DNA of 64,000 nt, from the NCBI GenBank assembly GCA_046562895.1, contig CM102164.1, positions 32,523,842 to 32,587,841 on the forward strand. The letters are read 5' to 3'. Below are positions 24,375 to 37,714 of the stretch, in pieces; position 1 is the first letter of the stretch; every line of letters starts with the position of its first letter. The position numbers and the translations under genes are program-made. The notes under the pieces were generated by a model. It saw nothing but the letters and a program-made list of their open reading frames with translations, searched no databases and was not told where the DNA came from. Origin of the DNA: Trichechus inunguis. Its lineage: Eukaryota.

Positions 24375-27300
24375 AGTGGGGCAAGGCCAAGATGGCGGAG
24401 TAGTCAGCCACTTCCTGTGGTCCCTCTTACAACAAAGACCCAAAAAAAACAAGTGAATTGATTGACAATCTAGGAGCCCTGAACATCAAAGGCAAAGTTG
24501 AGGAATCAGACTGAGTGGCGGGAGGAGGGAGACATGGCTTGGAAGCAGCAAGGAGTTGCCAAACCTGACCCGGTGGGAGCCGAAGCCCTTAAGGCCAGAT
24601 CAGCTGGTGTGCGCAGTGAGGCAAGCAGTGGCGCTCGGGAGGCATTTTCCACATCGGGAGAAACCCAGCGGCAGAGAGTCTACTTGGCCATCCAGAACTA
24701 GTGAAAAGCAGCACTTAAGTGCCTAAAGATAAGTATTTGCATCTGGTCTCCCACGCGGACCAAAAAATAACCCATTTGGGAAAAACGTCTCTCCCGTTCA
24801 TCTTCCCCCTTCCCGCTATGCACTGGGTCCTGGGCCAGCTTCAGCGACTGCCAAGTCCTGTGGGCCAGAAGTAGGACCCATCACATGCCCTGAGCCATTC
24901 TACCAGCCGTGGAGAGGGAACAAATTAACAAACGGGAAAAAATAAGCTGCCAACTCCTCTAAGACAGGAACTCAGGGTTGCACAGCTCCTTTGCCTAGGG
25001 ACAAGAATAAGGGGTCCACGGACTACGAATGCTTTTCATCCCTGCATAGACATGTGTGGGCCCATTTCAAAAGCGTAGGCCCTCAACACCACAGTACAAC
25101 AGGGTATATACATGAAGTCTAACTTCAACTGTTTCAGCTGTGAAGTGGCAGGTTTGTAACATTTGACAGCGCTCTGCCCATTAAACAGGTTCCTCACCTG
25201 CCCACATCAGGGGCCTGAGGACTGGTGGCTGCACCCACACCACCTAGCCACCCATGACAGGGGTCCAAGGATAAGCAGTACCACCTAGTCATCACAGCCA
25301 CCAGCAACAGGTGCTCATAGTCCGGCTGCAAAACCCACCTACCTATGTGCTCTAGGCAACAGGGACACAGTTTCCTCCCAGACACTCAGGGGCAGCCGTC
25401 AGCCCCCTGCCTTGCTCAGTGTGTGACCCCCTACTGAAGCATGATACCTGTGCCTACACCAATTATCCATGCCTGTCTAGGACTGTAGTTGAGAGCCTGC
25501 ACCACACTTAATGACCAACTACCTGGACAACCGAGCTGAATCCATACCAGAAAAGTTAACAGACTCCTGGATGATATACTTAGTAACAGATCTAACTACC
25601 TGGTGAGAAGACATTAGAGCTTCAAAGGCGCCAACAATCAAACTAGCTTAAAAGAGCAGCCTATCTGGGCATATCAAAACAAAACATAGTAAGAAGCTAG
25701 GACACAATAAGCAAACATAAAATAAATTATAATAATTTATTGATGGCTCAGAGACAACAGTCAATATGAAATCACATAAAGAGGTAGACCATGATGGCTT
25801 CAGAAAGCTCCCAAAACAAAGAATCAATAAATTTTCTAAAGGTAGAGAATTTGTTGGAATTAGGGAGGCAGAATACAAATGATTAATATACAGAACTCTT
25901 CAAGAGCTCAGGAAGCAGATCTGGCAAAATGCAGAACAAGCCAAAGAACACACAGACAAAGCAAAAGAGGAACTTAAGAAAGTTATTCAAGAGCATAATG
26001 ACAAATTTAACAGGCTGCAAAAATCCACAGAGAGGGCAATCACAAATTCAGAAGATTAACAATACAATTTCAAAATTAGACAAAACAACAGAAAGTCATA
26101 GGAACAGAATTGAGGCAGCAGAAGTCAGAATTAGTGAATATGAAGATAAAGCCCTTGACACCAACTTATTTGAGGAAAAATTAGATAAAAAATGAAGAAA
26201 CTCTTAGAATTATGTGAGACTCTATCAAGAGAAATAACCTAAGAGTGATTGGACTACCAGAACAGGTGGGGATAATAGAAAATAGAGAGAAAATTGTTGA
26301 AGGTTTGTTGACAGAAAACTTCCCTGATATCATGAAAGATGAGAAGATACTTACCCAAGATACTCATCGAACCCCACATAAGGTCGATCACAAAAGTAAG
26401 TCACCAAGACATATTATAATCAAACTTGCCAAAACCAAAGATGAGAGAGAATTTTAAGAGCGGCTAGGGATAAATGAAAAGTCAGCTACAAAGGAGAGTC
26501 AGTAAAACTAAGCTCGGACTACTCGGCACAAACCACGCAGGCAAGAAGGCAATGGAATGGCATATACAAAGCCTTTAAGGAAAAAAACCGACAGTCAAGA
26601 ATTACATATCCAGCAAAACTGTCTCTCAAATATGATGGCAAACTTAGGGCATTTTCACATAAACAGAAGTTTAGGGCATTTGCAAAAACCAAAAAAGTTA
26701 CAAGAAATAGTAAAGGGAGTCCTCTAGATAGAAAACCAATAATACCAGATAACAACCCAAGACTAGAACACAAGACAGAGCAACCAGATATCAACCCAGA
26801 TAGGGAAGGCACAAAACTAAATCAAAGCTAAAACACTGAAAATAGGGAAATAGAGAGGTCAATATGTAAAAGATGACAACATTAAAACAAAAAAGAGGGA
26901 CTAAAAAAAATGCCGACACAGATTTTTCAAATGGAGAGGAAGTCAAGGTAACATAAAGAAATAAAAGACTTGTTTAAACTTAAAAAAAATAGGGAAATAT
27001 TCAGATAACCACAAAGGAAACTAACAATCCTACACATCAAAATAAAAAACAAGGAAAATATACAGACTCAGCAAATACAAAATCAACAATAATGAAAACG
27101 ATGAAAAGAAAAAACAAACAGAAACGAATCAGCACAGAAAATTAAATGGAACAAAGAAACTGTCAACAACACACAAAAAAAGACATCAAAATGAGAGCAC
27201 TAAACTCATACTTATCAATAACTACACTGAATGTAAATGGACTTAAATACACCAATAAAGAGAAAGAGAGTGGCAGAATGGATTAAAAAAACATGATCCC

Positions 27301-28482
27301 TCTATATGCTGCCTACAAGAGACACACCTTAGACTTAAAGACACAAACAAACTAAAACACAAAGGATGGAAAAAAAATATATCAAGCAAAAACTGCTCAA
27401 AAAAAGCAGAAGTGGCAATATTAATCTCTGACAAAATGGACTTTAAAGGAAAATCCACCACAAAGGATAAGGAAGGACACTATATAATGATTAAAGGATC
27501 AGTACACCAGGTGGAAATAACTATCGTAAATATTTACGCACCCGAAAGGGATCCAAAATACGTAAAATAAACTCTAAAAGCATTGGAAAGAGAGATAGAC
27601 AGCTCAACAATAATACTAGGAGACTTCAACACTCCACTTTCGGTGAAGGACAGAACATCCAGAAAGAAGCTCAATAAAGAAACGGAAGATCTAGAGGTTA
27701 CACTCAACCTACTTGATCTCATGGACATATAACGAACACTCCATCCGACAGCAGCCAAGTGTACTTTCTCCAGAATAGACCATATACTAGGCCATAAAGC
27801 TATAAAAGTAGAAATCAGTAACAGAAAAAGCAAGGAAAAAAAATCAAATACATGGAAACTGAACAACACCTTGCTCAAAAACTACTGGGTTATACAATAA
27901 ACTAAGGATGGAATAAAGAAATTCATAGAATCAAACGAGATTGAAAACACATCCTACCAGAGCCTTTGGGACACAGCAAAAGCAGTGCTCGGAGGTCACA
28001 TTATAGCAATAAATGCAAATCCGAAAAGAAGAAAGGGCCACAATCAAAACATTAACCCTACAACTCGAACAAGCAGAAAGACAGCAGCAAAAGAAGCCCT
28101 CAGGCACCAGAAGAAAGGAAATTATAAGAATCAGAGCAGGATTAAATGAAACAGAGAACACAAAAACAAAAAGAGTTAAAAGACCAAAAGCTGATTCTTT
28201 GAAAACATCGTCAAAATCAATAAACCACTGGCCAAACTGACAAAACAAAAACACAAGACGAGCAAATAACCCGTACAAGAAATGAGATGGGTGATATCAT
28301 AACAGACACAACTGAAATGAAAAGAATCAATACTATGAAAAATTGTACTCTAACAAATTTGAAAACCTAGAGAAAATGGACAAATTTCTAGAAACTCACT
28401 ACCTACCTAAACTAACACAATCAGAGATAGAACAACTAAATAAATCTATAACATTGAAAAGGTAACTAAAAAACTCCCAACA
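24375..28482 (+). mobile_element. LINE-1 (L1 #2): 5'UTR, ORF1 remnant and 5' part of ORF2, 3'-truncated where L1 #3 begins
   Basis: Start agtggggcaaggccaagatggcggagtag. ORF1-like 25790-26720 (…MIGLPEQVGIIENREKIVEGLLTENFPDIMKDEKILTQDTHRTPHKVDHKSKSPRHIIIKLAKTKDERE…). The ORF2 start 27190 runs to …KSITLKR.LKNSQQ at 28482. Confidence 0.85.
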
Positions 28483-29852
28483 GAGAGGCAGGGCCAAGAT
28501 GGTGGAGTAGTCAGATGGCTTCCTATATCCCTCTTACAACAAAGACCTGGAAAAACAAGTGAGTTGATTGTATATATCTAGGAGCCTTCAACAAGGCAAA
28601 GTTGAGGAATTGGACTGAATGGCCGGGGGAGAGGGAGATGCTTCGGAAGAAGCGAGAAGTGCCAGACCAGGCTCGGCTGGAGCTGAAGCTCTTCAGCCCC
28701 GACCAGGTCAGAGGTGCACAGTAAAGCAGGCATACATCTCCACGCGCATGTTCGGGAGGCAGTTTCCACATCGAGAGAGATCTGGCAACAGAGATTCTGC
28801 TTGGACACTACGAACCAGTGAAAAGAAGCTCCCAAGTGGCTAAAGATAAGTACATGCATGTGGCCTTTTGCGGGGATTTAAAAAAAAAAAAGAAAAAAAA
28901 GCCCATTTGGGAAAAACCTCTCTCCCTTTTACCTCCTGCCTCCTTGCTCTGCACTGATCCGGCCTTCCAAAGTCTCTGAGCCCCCTGGGCCAGAAGTAGA
29001 TCCCAAAAGGCGCTCTGACCCATTCTCCTGGTCTTGGAGAGGAACAAATAAGCTACTGGGCCCCCTATGCCAGGAACTAAGGGTCAGCACAGCTCCTTTG
29101 CTAGGCACAGGCATAAGGGGTCCACGGACTTTCAGTGCCTTCCACCACTGAATAGACTTGTGTGGACCCATCTCAACAGCTTAAGCCCTCACTGCCACAG
29201 TACAACAGGGTAAACACCTGAAGTCTAACGTCAACTGTTTCAGCTGTGAAGTGGCAGATTTGTGACCCTTGACACAGCCCTGACCTTTAAGCAGGCACCT
29301 TTACCAGTCCGCACCAGGGGCTCAAGGACTGGTGGCTCCACCTACGCCACCTAGTCACCTGCTACAGGGGTCCAAGAATAAGTGCTTCCCTCGAGTCTTT
29401 ACAGCCAACAGAGTAGGGTGCTCATAATCCGACTGAAAAACTCACCTACCTACTCGCTCTAGGGAATAGGGACACGCTTTCCTTTCAGACACTTGGGGCA
29501 GCCATCAGCCACCTGCCTAACTCAGTGTGTGACCCCCTACTGCAGCCAGATACCTGAGCCTACACCAATCACCCATGCCTATCTAAGACTGTAGGTGAGA
29601 GCCTGCACCACACATTGGTGACCGACTGCCTGGACACCTGAGCTGAACCCATACAGGAAAATTTAACAGAGTCCTGTGTGCACATACTTACTTACAGAAC
29701 TAACTACCTGGTGACAGGACGTTAGAGCTTCAAAGGCGCCAATAATCAACCTAGCTCAAAAGCGCAGCCTATTTGGGCACATCAAAACAAAACAAAACAA
29801 GAACACCAGGACACATTAAACAAAAATAAAATAAAATTATAATACCTTATCG

Positions 29853-30856
29853 ATGGCTCGGAGACAACAGTCAATATCAAGTCACATAAACAGGCAGTCC
29901 ATGATGGCCTCAGCAAGCTCCCAAAATAAAGGATCAATAAATTCTCTGGAGGAAGAGAACTTCTTGAAATTACCAGAGGCAGAATACAAAAGATTAATAT
30001 ACAAAACTCTTCTAGAAATTAGAAAGGAAATTTTACGAGAAGCAGAAACAGCCAAAGAACACACAGACACAGTAGTAGCAGAATTTGAAAAAGTTACTCA
30101 AGAACATAATGACAAATTTCAAAGGCTGCAAGAATCCACAGAGAAACAGCAATCAGAAATCCAGAAGATTAACAATAAAATTTCAGAATTAGACAACTCA
30201 ATAGAAAGTCAGAGGAGCAGAATTGAGGCAGTGGAAGTTAGAATTAGTAATACTGAAGACAAAGCACTTGACGCCACAAAACTCAGGTAAAAGAATTAAA
30301 AAGAATGAAGAAACTCTAAGAGTTAGGTGGGACTCAATCAAGAGAAATAACCTACGAGTGATTAGAGTACCAGAACGGGGGGGATGACAGAAAATACAGA
30401 GAAATTGTTGAAGATTTATTGACAGAAAACTTCCCTGATATCATGAAAGATGAGAAGATATCTATCCAAGATGCTCATCGAACTCCACATAAGGTAGATC
30501 CCAAAAGAAAGTCACCAAGACGTATTATAATCAAACTTACCATAACCAAAGATAAAGAGAGAATTTCAAGAGCAGCTAAGGATAAAAGAAAAGTCAGCTA
30601 CAAGGGACAGTCAGTAAGACTAAGCTCGGACTATCCAGCAGAAACCATGCAGGCAAGAAAGCAATGGGACGACATATATAAAGACTTGAAGGAAAACAAT
30701 TACCAGCCAAGAGTTATAGATCCAGCAAAACTGTCTCTCAAATATGACGGCGAAATTAGGCAATTTCCAGATAAAAAGAAGGTTAGGGAATTTGCAAAAA
30801 CCAAACCAAAATTACAAGAAATACTAGAGGGTGTCCTCCAGTCAGCTAATCAATAA
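29853..30856 (+). pseudogene. L1 #3 ORF1, two 145-aa pieces separated by one in-frame stop (ORF1 of about 334 codons)
   Basis: MARRQQSISSHINRQSMMASASSQNKGS…EAVEVRISNTEDKALDATKLR and MTENFPDIMKDEKISIQDAHRTPHKVDPKRKSPRRIIIKL…YKGQSVRLSSDYPAETMQARKQWDDIYKDLKENNYQPRVIDPAKLSLKYDGEIRQFPDKKKVREFAKTKPKLQEILEGVLQSANQ. Confidence 0.85.
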
Positions 30857-31324
30857 CATCAGATAACAACACAAGACTAGAACACGGGACACAGCAACCA
30901 GATATTGACTCAGACAGGGAAGTTGAAAATACATCAAAGCCATTGAAAATACACCAAAGCTAAAAAACTGAAAACAGGGAAACAGAGATAACAATATGTA
31001 AAAACGGACAACATTAAAACAAAAAAGAAGGACTTAAAAATTGCAGACATAGATTTTTCATATGACGGGGAAGTTAAGGTGATATAAAGAAACAAAAGAC
31101 TGGTACAAACTTAGAAAAATAGGGGTAAACATTAAGGTAACCACAAAGACAACTGACAATCCTACAAATCAAAATTAAAAACTAGAAAAATATAAACACT
31201 CAGCAAACACAGTATCAACAACAATGAAAAAGATGAAAAGAAAATACATAAAGAAAAACAACTCAGCACAGAAAATTAAGAGAAACAAAGAAACTGTGAA
31301 CAACACACAAAAAGAGACATCAGG

Positions 31325-34300
31325 ATGACAGCACTAAACTCATACCTATCAATAATTATGCTGAATGTAAACGGACTTAATGCACTAATAGACAGAGTGG
31401 CAGACCACACAAAAAAGCATGAACCGTCTATATGCTGCCTAGAAGAGACACATCTTAGACTTAAAGACACAAACAGGCTAAAACTCAAAGGATAGAAAAC
31501 AATATATAAGCAAACAACACTCAAAAAAGAGCAGAAGTGGCAGTATTAATCTCTGACAAAATAGACTTTAAAGTAAAATTCATCACAAAGGATAAGGAAG
31601 GGCACTATATAATGAATAAAGGGTCAACACACCAGGAGGACATAACTATAATAAATATTTACGCACCCAACAACAGGGCTCCAAACTACATTAAAAAAAC
31701 TCTAACGACACTGAAAAGAGAGATAGACAGCTCCACAATAGTAGTAGAAGACTTCAACACGCCACTTTCGGTGAAGGACAGAACATCCAGAAAGAAGCTC
31801 AACAAAGACACGGAAGAGCTAAATGCTACAATCAACCAACTTGATCCATAGACATATACTGAACACTGCACCCAACAGCAGCCAAGTATACTTTCTTTTC
31901 CAACATACATGGAACATTCTTCACAACAGACTACATATTAGGCCATAAAGCAAGCCTTAACAGAATCCAAAGCATCAGAATATTACAAAGCATCTTTTCC
32001 GAACATAAAGCCATAAAAGTGGTAATCAAGAGCACAAGAAGCAAGGAAAATCAAACACATGAGAACTGAACAACACCTTGCTCAAAAACTACTGGATTAT
32101 AGAAGAAATTAAGGATGGAATAAAGAAATTCATAGGATCAAATGAGAATGAAAACACATTCTACCAGAACCTTTGTGACACAACAAAGGCAGTGCTCAGA
32201 GGTCACTTTATACCAATAAATGTACACATCCAAGAGGAAGAAAGGGCCATAACAAAACATTAACCCTTCAACTGGAACAAGTAGAAAGGGAGCAGCAAAA
32301 GAAGCCCTCAGGGAAAGAATAAAGGAAGTAATAATAATCTGAGCAGAATTAAATGAAATAGAGAATAGAAAAACAATTGAAAGAGTTAACAAGACCAAAA
32401 GCTGGTTCTTTGAAAAGATCAACAAAATTGATAAGCCATTGCCAAACTGACAAAAGAAAAACAGGAGGGGAAGCAAATAACCCATATAAGACCTGAGGTG
32501 GGTGATATCACAACAGACCCTACTGAAATGAAAAGAATCATATCAGAATACTATGAAAAATTGTACTCTAACAAATTTGAAAAACTAGAGGAAATGGACA
32601 AATTTCTAGAAACACACTACCTACCTTAACTAACACAAACAGAGATAGAACAATTAAATAAACCTGTAACAAAAAAAGAGACTGAAAAGGTAATTAAAAA
32701 ACTCTCAACAAAAAAAAGCCCTGGCCCGGACGGTTTCACTGCAGAACTCTACCAAACTTTAAGAGAAGAGTTAACACCACTACTACTAAAGGTATTTCAG
32801 AGCATAGAAAAGGATGGAATATTCCCAAACTCATTCTGTGAATTCAGCATAACCATAACCCTGATAGTAAAACTAGGTGAAGACACCACAAAAAAAGAAA
32901 ATTACAGACTAATATCCCTCATGAACATTGATGCAAAAATCCTCAACAAAATTCTAGCCAACAGAATTCAACAACATAACAAAAAAAATAATTCACCATG
33001 ATCAAGTAGGATTTATACCAGGTATGCAGGGATGGTTCAACATTAGAAAAACAATCAATGTAATCCATCACATAAATAAAAGACAAGAACCACATGATCT
33101 TATCAATCGATGCTGAAAAGGCATTTGACAAAGCCCAACACCCATTCATAATAAAAACTCTCAACAAAATAGGAATAAAAGGGAAATTCCTCAATATCAT
33201 TAAGAGCATTTATACAAAGCCAACAGCCAACATCATTCAAAATGGAGAGATCAGGAAAGCATTCCCCTTGAGAACAGGAACCAGACAAGGATGCCCTTTA
33301 TCACCACTCTTATTGAACACTGTGCTGGAGGTCCTAGACAGAGCAGTTAGGCTAGAAAAAGAAATAAAGGGCATCCAATTAGGTAGGGAAGAAGTCAAAG
33401 TATCTCTATTTGCAGATGCTATGATCTTATACACAGAAAACCCCAAAGAATCCACAAGAAAACTACCAGAACTAACAGAAGATTTCAGCAAAGTTTCAGG
33501 ATAAAGATAAACATACAAAAATCAGTTGGATTCCTTTATAGCAAAAAAGAGAACCCCAAAAAGGAAATTACCAAATCAATACCATTTACAATAGCCCCCA
33601 AGAAGATAAAATACTTAGGAATAAATCTAACCAGAGACGTAAAATATCTATGCAGACAAAACTACAAGACACTACTGCAAGAAACTGAAAGAGACCTGCA
33701 TGAGTGGAAAAACATACCTTGCTCATGGACAGAAAGACTCAACATTGTGAAAAATGCCAATTCCACCCAAAGCGATCTACAGATACAAGGCAATCCCGAT
33801 CTAAATTCCAACTGCATTTTTTAATGAGATGTAGAAACAAATCACCAACTTCATATGGAAAGGGAAGAGGCCTGGATAAGTAAAGCATTACTGAAGAAGA
33901 ACAACAAAGTGGGAGACCTCACACTACCTGATTTTAGAACCTATTATACTGCCACAGTAGTCAAAACTGCCTGGTACTGGTACAACAACAGCTACATTGA
34001 CCAATGGAACAGAATTGAGAATCCAGAAGTAAATTCATCCACCTGTCAGCAGCTGATATTTGACAAAGGCCCAAAGTCCATTAATTGGGAAAAGACAGTC
34101 TTTTTAACAAATGGTGATGGTGTAACTGGATATCCATTTGCAAAAAAATTAAACAAGACCCATACCTCATACCAGGCACAAAAACTAACTCAAAACCGAT
34201 CAAAGACTTAAATATAAAATAAAAAATGATAAAGATCATGTAAGAAGAAAAAATAGAGACAACGCTAGGAGCCTTAATATATGGCATAAACAGAATACAA

Positions 34301-35050
34301 AGCATAAGTAACAAACAACACAGACACCAGAAGAGAAACTAGGTAACTGGGAACTCCTAAAAATCAAATACTTAATGCTCATCAAAAGACTTCACCAAAA
34401 GAGTAAAAAGACAACCTACAGACTGGGAAAAAGATTTTTGGCTATGACAAATCCGATCACTGTTTAATGTCTAAAATCTACAAGATACTGCAAAATCTCA
34501 ACAATAAAAAGACAAACAACCCAAGTAAAAACTGGGCAAAGGACATGAACAGGCACTTCGCCAAACAAGAATTCAGGCGGCTAAAAGATACATTAGCAAA
34601 TGCTCACGATCATTAGCCATTAGAGAAATGTAGATCAAAACCACAATGATATACTACCTCACCCCAACAAGGCTAGCATTAATCCAAAAAACACAAAATA
34701 ATAAACGTTGGAGAGGTTGTGGAGAGACTGGAACACTTATACGCTGTTGGTGGGAATGTAAAATGGTACAACCACTTTGGAAATTGATTTGGTGCTTCCT
34801 TAAAAAGCTAGAAATAGAAGTACCATACGATCCAGCAATCCCGCTCCTTGGACTATATCCTAGAGAAATAAGAGCCATCACACGAATAGATATATGCACA
34901 CCCATGTTCACTGCAGCACTGTTCGCAGTAGCAAAAAGATGGAAACAAACCTAGGTGCCCATCAATAGATGAATGGATAAACAAATTATGGTATACTCAC
35001 ACAATGGAATACTACGCAATGGTAAAGAATAACAATGAACCCATGAAACA
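31325..35050 (+). pseudogene. L1 #3 ORF2 remnant
   Basis: atgacagcactaaactcatacctatcaataattatgctgaatgtaaacggacttaatgcac…, then the RT motif region (…[23 protein letters not shown]…) and the C-terminal ORFs 33094..33504, 33855..34211 and 34646..34954. Confidence 0.8.
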
Positions 35051-37224
35051 TAACACGGAGGAATCTGGAAGGTATTATGCTGAGTGAATTTAGTCAGTTG
35101 CAAAAAGACAAATATTTTATTATAAGAACTCAAGGAAAGGTTTAAACACAGAAGAAAACGTTCTTTGATGGTTATGAGCGTGGGGAGGGAGGGAGAGGGG
35201 TTTTCACTAACTAGATAGTAGACAAAAATTATCTTAGTTGAAGGGAAGGACAGCACGCACTACAGGGGAAGTCAGTACAACTGGACTAAACCAAAAGCCA
35301 AGAAGTTCCTGAATACAACCAAACACTTTGAGGGACAGAATAGCAGGGTGGAGGTCTGGAGACCATGCTTTCAGGGGACATCTAGGTCAATTGGCATAAC
35401 AGAGTTTTTTAAGGAAATGTTCTGCATCCCACTTTGGTGAGTGGCGTCTGGGGTCTTAAAAGCTTGTGAGCGGCCACCTAAGATGCCAACCCACCTGGAG
35501 TAAAGGAGAATGAAGAACACCAAAGACACAAGGAAAGTATTAGCCCAAGAGACAGAAAGGGCCACATAAATCAGAGACTTCATCAGCCTGAGACCAGACG
35601 AACTAGATGGTGCCTGGCTACCACCAATGACCTCCCTGAGAGAGAATACAACAGTCCCTGAAGAGACAGGAGAAAAGTGGGCCGCATAACTCAAATTCTA
35701 GCAAAAAGACCAGACTTAATGGTTTTACTGAGACTGGAGAGACCCCGTAAGACGTGGCCCCAGACTCTGTTAGCCCAAAACTAAAACCATTCTGGAGGTC
35801 AACTCTTCAGACAAAGATTAGACTGGACTATGGGACATAAAATGATAGTTGTGAAGAGTGTGCTTCTTAGCTCAAGTAGATACATGAGACTAAATGGGCA
35901 GCTCCTGCCCAGAGACGAGATGAGAAGGCAGAGAGAGTCAGGAGCTGGTTGAATGGGCACAGGAAGTTCGGGGTGGTAGGGAAGAGTGTGTTGTCACAGT
36001 ATGGGGAGAGCAACTAGGGTGACAAAACACCATATGTATAAATGTTTGTATGAGAGACTAACTTCAATTGTAAACTTTCACTTAAAGCACAATAAATAAA
36101 TAAAAAAAAGGTAACTGAACTTCCTTTTAATGTGGATTAATACCACTCTATAATCCCTTATCTGGAATTTCTCGGGCCAGATGTGTGTTTTAGAATTCCA
36201 AATTTTTCATATTTTAGAAAAGAAATATGAGAGTAACATCATGGCAGATGGTAGAGTAGGAAACCATAGGAATTGGTTCCTCCACTGAAACAACTAAGCT
36301 GGCAGGTACTGCCAGAATCAACTGTTTCGGAATTCTGGAGTCTAATCAAACACTTGTAGTGTCCAGGGAAGTACTTGATGAAGAAACAGGCCAGTAAGTT
36401 TCGGTGAGTTTCAACATTTCTCATAACAGCTACCATCCATCAGCCCCTAGTCCCATGGCAGGCAGTTGTGAAGATGGTAGCCCATGTTCCTGGTCTGGCT
36501 TGCTCGTGCTCGGGTTGGCAATAAGGACCCTGGCCAAAATTCAAGGGTTGTGGTTTGTTTTTTTCTGTTGTGCATAAACTCATTTAGTTTACTGCAAAGT
36601 AGTCGTGGCACAGCACACAGGTAACACCCCAAGACAATCATACAGAAGTGAAGAATCAGGGAAGGGTAAAGTCAGTCCAATAATTAAAGTCCAAATCTTC
36701 AACCTTCAGGCATTTAAGGGTTATGTGTTTTTATCTGGCTGGAGGTCCACTGAGAGACAAGAACAGAGACTGGACATTGAAATCAACCTCCTCAATCTGA
36801 AGTGGCTTCCCATTTGGCAGCTATCAAAAGAATTTAAAGAGACAGAACACCTTTTTCCCCCTTGAATCTAAGCATTAAAGGAAATCTGTCAGGTCACTGG
36901 CTGAATGCAGAGATAATGGAACAGAGACTTCAGTGACTACACATGGCAAAGAATATAATCTCTAAAAAAATAGTTTGGAAGTCGCTAATCGAACGAACGA
37001 CTGTTGCCCTCAACAAGTAACAATAGCAATCCCTAGGAGGGGAGAATCTGATGTTCAGAGTTACCACATTACAATATTCAAAGTCCAGTTTTTAACAAAA
37101 AATGACCAAAAACACAAAGAAAGAGAAAAGTATAGCCCATTCACAGAAAAAAAGAAATTAACAGAAAGCATCCCCAAGAAACCTCAGACTGAACTTATTA
37201 GACAAAGACTTTAACTGTCTTAAA

Positions 37225-37390
37225 GATTGTGGCATAGTGGTTAAGTGCTACAGCTACTAACCAAAAGTTCAGCAGTTTGAAATCCACCAGGCGCTCCTTG
37301 GAAACTCTATGGGGGTGGTTCTACTCTGTCCTATAAGGTTGCTATGAGTTGGAATCCACTCAACAGCAACAGGTTTGGTTTGGTTTTTAA
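37225..37390 (+). mobile_element. AfroSINE
   Basis: ggcatagtggttaagtgctacagctactaaccaaaagttcagcagtttgaaatccaccaggcgctccttggaaactctatggggg…ggttgctatgagttggaatccactcaacagcaacaggtttgg. Confidence 0.9.
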
Positions 37391-37714
37391 GGATTGTAGG
37401 ATGAAGAATTACTTTAAGGTCCAAAGAATTTGGTCTTTGTCCTCAAATCCTGGAAGGTAACCTTTAAATCTCTGGAATTTCTGGAGTGACTGGAATGTCT
37501 TTGTTATGTTAACAAGGTGACTCAGGATATGGGGACTCAGAAGATCCACTTGGAGATATCAGCCCAATTTCTGGGGAGGGCAGCTGAAGACTGCATTCAA
37601 CCACATGGGCAATGAGTTAATCATTCCTATGTAATGAACCCTAATAAAAATTCTGGACACTGAAGTTCCAGTGAGCTTTCTGGTTGGGAATAAACATCGA
37701 CACATCAGGAGGAT

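Larger units (their letters stand above)
28483..36106 (+). mobile_element. Full-length LINE-1 (L1 #3), moderately degraded
   Basis: gagaggcagggccaagatggtggagtag at the 5' end. ORF1 29853-30856 is split by one stop. ORF2 31325 to about 35050 has several stops. The roughly 1-kb 3'UTR ends …aaactttcacttaaagcacaataaataaataaaaaaaa. Confidence 0.9.

Noticed and set aside
28458-36116. Possible TSD AAAAGGTAACT for L1 #3 alone
   Set aside because: The left copy is part of the L1 #2 ORF2 coding sequence, which then continues for another 16 bp before L1 #3 starts. This cannot be a simple TSD of L1 #3, so the pair is instead reported as a possible composite.
36120-37220. Short ORFs (62-86 aa) on both strands in a non-L1 stretch between L1 #3 and the AfroSINE at 37225
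   Set aside because: They have no recognisable protein similarity and no splice context, and they show mixed-strand overlap. They are probably an unclassified old repeat or plain intronic sequence.
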